Assembly (NCBI RefSeq): GCF_018350175.1
Contig: NC_058373.1
Span: 85,126,001-85,190,000, forward strand
DNA length: 64,000 nucleotides
Source of the DNA: Felis catus
Taxonomy: Eukaryota
Reading direction: 5' to 3'
Position numbers and translations under genes: made by a program. Shown piece by piece: positions 62,018 to 64,000 of this stretch. Numbering within the stretch: position 1 is the stretch's first letter; every line of letters begins with the position of its first letter. A model generated the notes under the pieces. It did no database searches and was not told the DNA's origin. It saw nothing but the letters and a program-made list of their open reading frames with translations.

Positions 62018-62302
62018 AGCCTGGGTGGCTCGGTCCATTAAGCCACTGACTTAGGCTCAGGCCATGATCTCACGGTTGGTGGGTTCGAGCCCCGCGTCGG
62101 GCTCTGTGCTGACAGCTCAGAGCCTGGAGCCTGCTTCAGATTCTGTGTCTCCCTCTCTCTCTGCCCCTCCCCAACTCACACTCTCTCTCGAAAATAAATA
62201 AACATTAAAAAAAATTTTTTTTAAATAAACAGGTTTTATTCTGCCCCTCCCCAACTCACGCTCTCTCTCAAAAATAAATAAACATTAAAAAAAATTTTTT
62301 TT
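62018..62302 (+). mobile_element. CanSINE with tandemly duplicated 3' end
   Basis: 62161-62240 is repeated at 62241-62320; TSD aaata(c/a)acagctttt. Confidence 0.93.
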
Positions 62303-62369
62303 AAATAAACAGCTTTTATTTTATCACTAATCACATCTGTTTAGGCTTCAAAATGGTTTTGCTGTTGTT

Positions 62370-63320
62370 TTCAAATGGATGCATTCTATGTCAGAGGACC
62401 ATGTTTTTCTTAATGTTTTCTCCTGTGGTTGGCATTTAGAATGTTTGTCCTTTTGCAGAAAGCGCTACAATGAATATATTTGTGCTTACGTTTTTTTTTT
62501 TTTGAATTAATAAGATTATGTGTAAGGGACCAAGCACAGTAAATAGTAGTTTTATTTTATTTCGTAGGATAAATTTCTAAAACATTTATTACTAAAGTGT
62601 ATGCACAATTTACTGGCTCTTTATTTGTAGGGTCACTTTGCTTTTCAAAAAGGTTATACAACAGTTTTAGCCACATTTTAAAACATATGCCAATCTAAGC
62701 AGTGAGTGCCTCAAGTTTGTTATGAATACAAGGAAGAATGAGCTTTGCTCCTTTGTGTGTATTTACTCTTTCTATGAATTGTCTGTTTACATAGCCTTGG
62801 CCTTCGTGTTTTTCTTAAAAATAGCAATGTTACTGTCACTTGTATTAGTTTTATTTTCCATTAAACAAAACAAAGCAATTTTTTTCATATTTGAATGTCA
62901 GTCTTATCTTTGTGACTTCTACATTTCAAGGATAGGAAAGTTCACATTCTCCATTGATCTGACAGTCATTCTGTTCTCTACCTGCTAATTTCTCAAAAAA
63001 TTATTTTTCTATATTTATCTCTCTAATCTATCTGAGATTTATTTTCTTAAATGGTATAAAGTGAAAATTCATATTTTAATGGAATTTCGCTTTAATTACC
63101 AAGACCATTTGTTCCATAATTCTCATTTATAACATGCTATTTTATAATGTATTCATGTTTAAACAGTATAGTTGATATGCTTTCAATCTCTCCATTCTCT
63201 TATACTGAGCAAAGTGTGCAAATGACACTTGTTTTAATTTTTTGCTTTATATCTATATCTATATCTATCTATCTTCTATAGAAATTGGTTATGTATCTTT
63301 CTTATTATGTTGTCTCCACT
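62370..63320 (-). mobile_element. Old L1ME-like fragments
   Basis: ggttggcatttagaatgttt..gctacaatgaatatatttgtgc; aattgtctgtttacatagccttggcc; taatctatctgagattt. Confidence 0.5.
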
Positions 63321-63647
63321 CAGACAAAGGCTGGACAAATTGTTCGTAGTACCACAATGCATGATTGTGTTGAACTATTATAATAATAAAGTTGTTTGGA
63401 TTTTTATTTGTAACCTAGACATCATAAAAATGTAATTATTATGATATATTTTATTTCCACAACCTCTCATGGAAGGTTTATTGGGTGGTGCTCTTAAATA
63501 CCAAAGTATCTCCAATATTAAAAATTTCTCAGTTTCTCTAGAGCTTATGGTTTGAACGACGTAAAATTTTAGAAGCAACTGTGGCTTTCTCGTATTTGCA
63601 ACCTAATGGCCCTTTCTTTTTTTTTTGTAATATAAAGGACTCTGAGT

Positions 63648-63881
63648 TTTTTGGGTTTTTTTGTTTTGTTTTTTGTTGTTGTTGTTTTGTTTTTTTACAG
63701 AGAGAGAGCACGCACAGGTGGGGGTGAAGGGTGGGGCAGAGGGAGAGAGATAGAGAGACAGAGAGAATTGCTCCACACTCAGCACGGAGTCCAAAGCAGG
63801 CCTCAATTCCACGACCCTAGGATCATGACCTGAGCCGAAATCGAGTCCAATACTCAACCAACTTAGCCACACAGTTACCCC
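63648..63881 (-). mobile_element. Older CanSINE
   Basis: ggatcatgacctgagccgaaatcgagtc..ttagccac; (GTTT)/(GTT)-rich tail. Confidence 0.88.
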
Positions 63882-64000
63882 AGTCCTTTTGTATTTTTTA
63901 AGAATTTTAGATTGTCATTCCACTCCCCTATGGATATTTTAGAGATAATCATGCATGTGTTTAACCAAATTTTGCTCAGAAAAAAGATTTATATATTTTG

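Noticed and set aside
2609-63881. tRNA genes
   Set aside because: All A/B-box-like sequences are CanSINE heads with SINE bodies, tails and TSDs.
1-64000. CpG-island promoter, CRISPR array or prokaryotic-type system
   Set aside because: This is CpG-depleted mammalian DNA with no island, no repeat-spacer array and no operon-like ORFs.

Overview
This is a non-coding mammalian window from a cat-family genome. It carries about 34 tRNA-derived CanSINEs, including near-identical young SINEC_Fc-type copies, plus one young felid L1 3' fragment. Older repeats include L1M, L2, MIR, hAT MITEs (MER5/MER58/MER91-like) and MaLR/ERVL LTR relics. No host protein-coding gene can be supported from the visible sequence; the only ORFs with a recognisable product are L1 ORF2 C-terminal remnants. 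The region reads as a large intron or gene desert. The eleven N blocks do not behave like assembly gaps: four are exactly 132 bp, none is shorter, and two are separated by only 10 bp. Most lie in repeat-poor DNA, five of them within one ~5.6-kb stretch lacking clear repeats. I infer they are length-preserving masks over conserved sequence (CNEs, hidden exons or small-RNA genes), so the most informative bases may be hidden. Directly visible curiosities are a 25-nt tailless U6 retrocopy with a perfect 19-bp TSD, a diverged 158-bp direct repeat around it, a poly-G micro-insert between 14-bp duplications, nested and inverted SINEs, and an 80-bp tandem duplication of a SINE tail. I found no convincing novel multi-gene system. 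Repeat subfamily names come from pattern recognition and need confirmation with RepeatMasker/Dfam.
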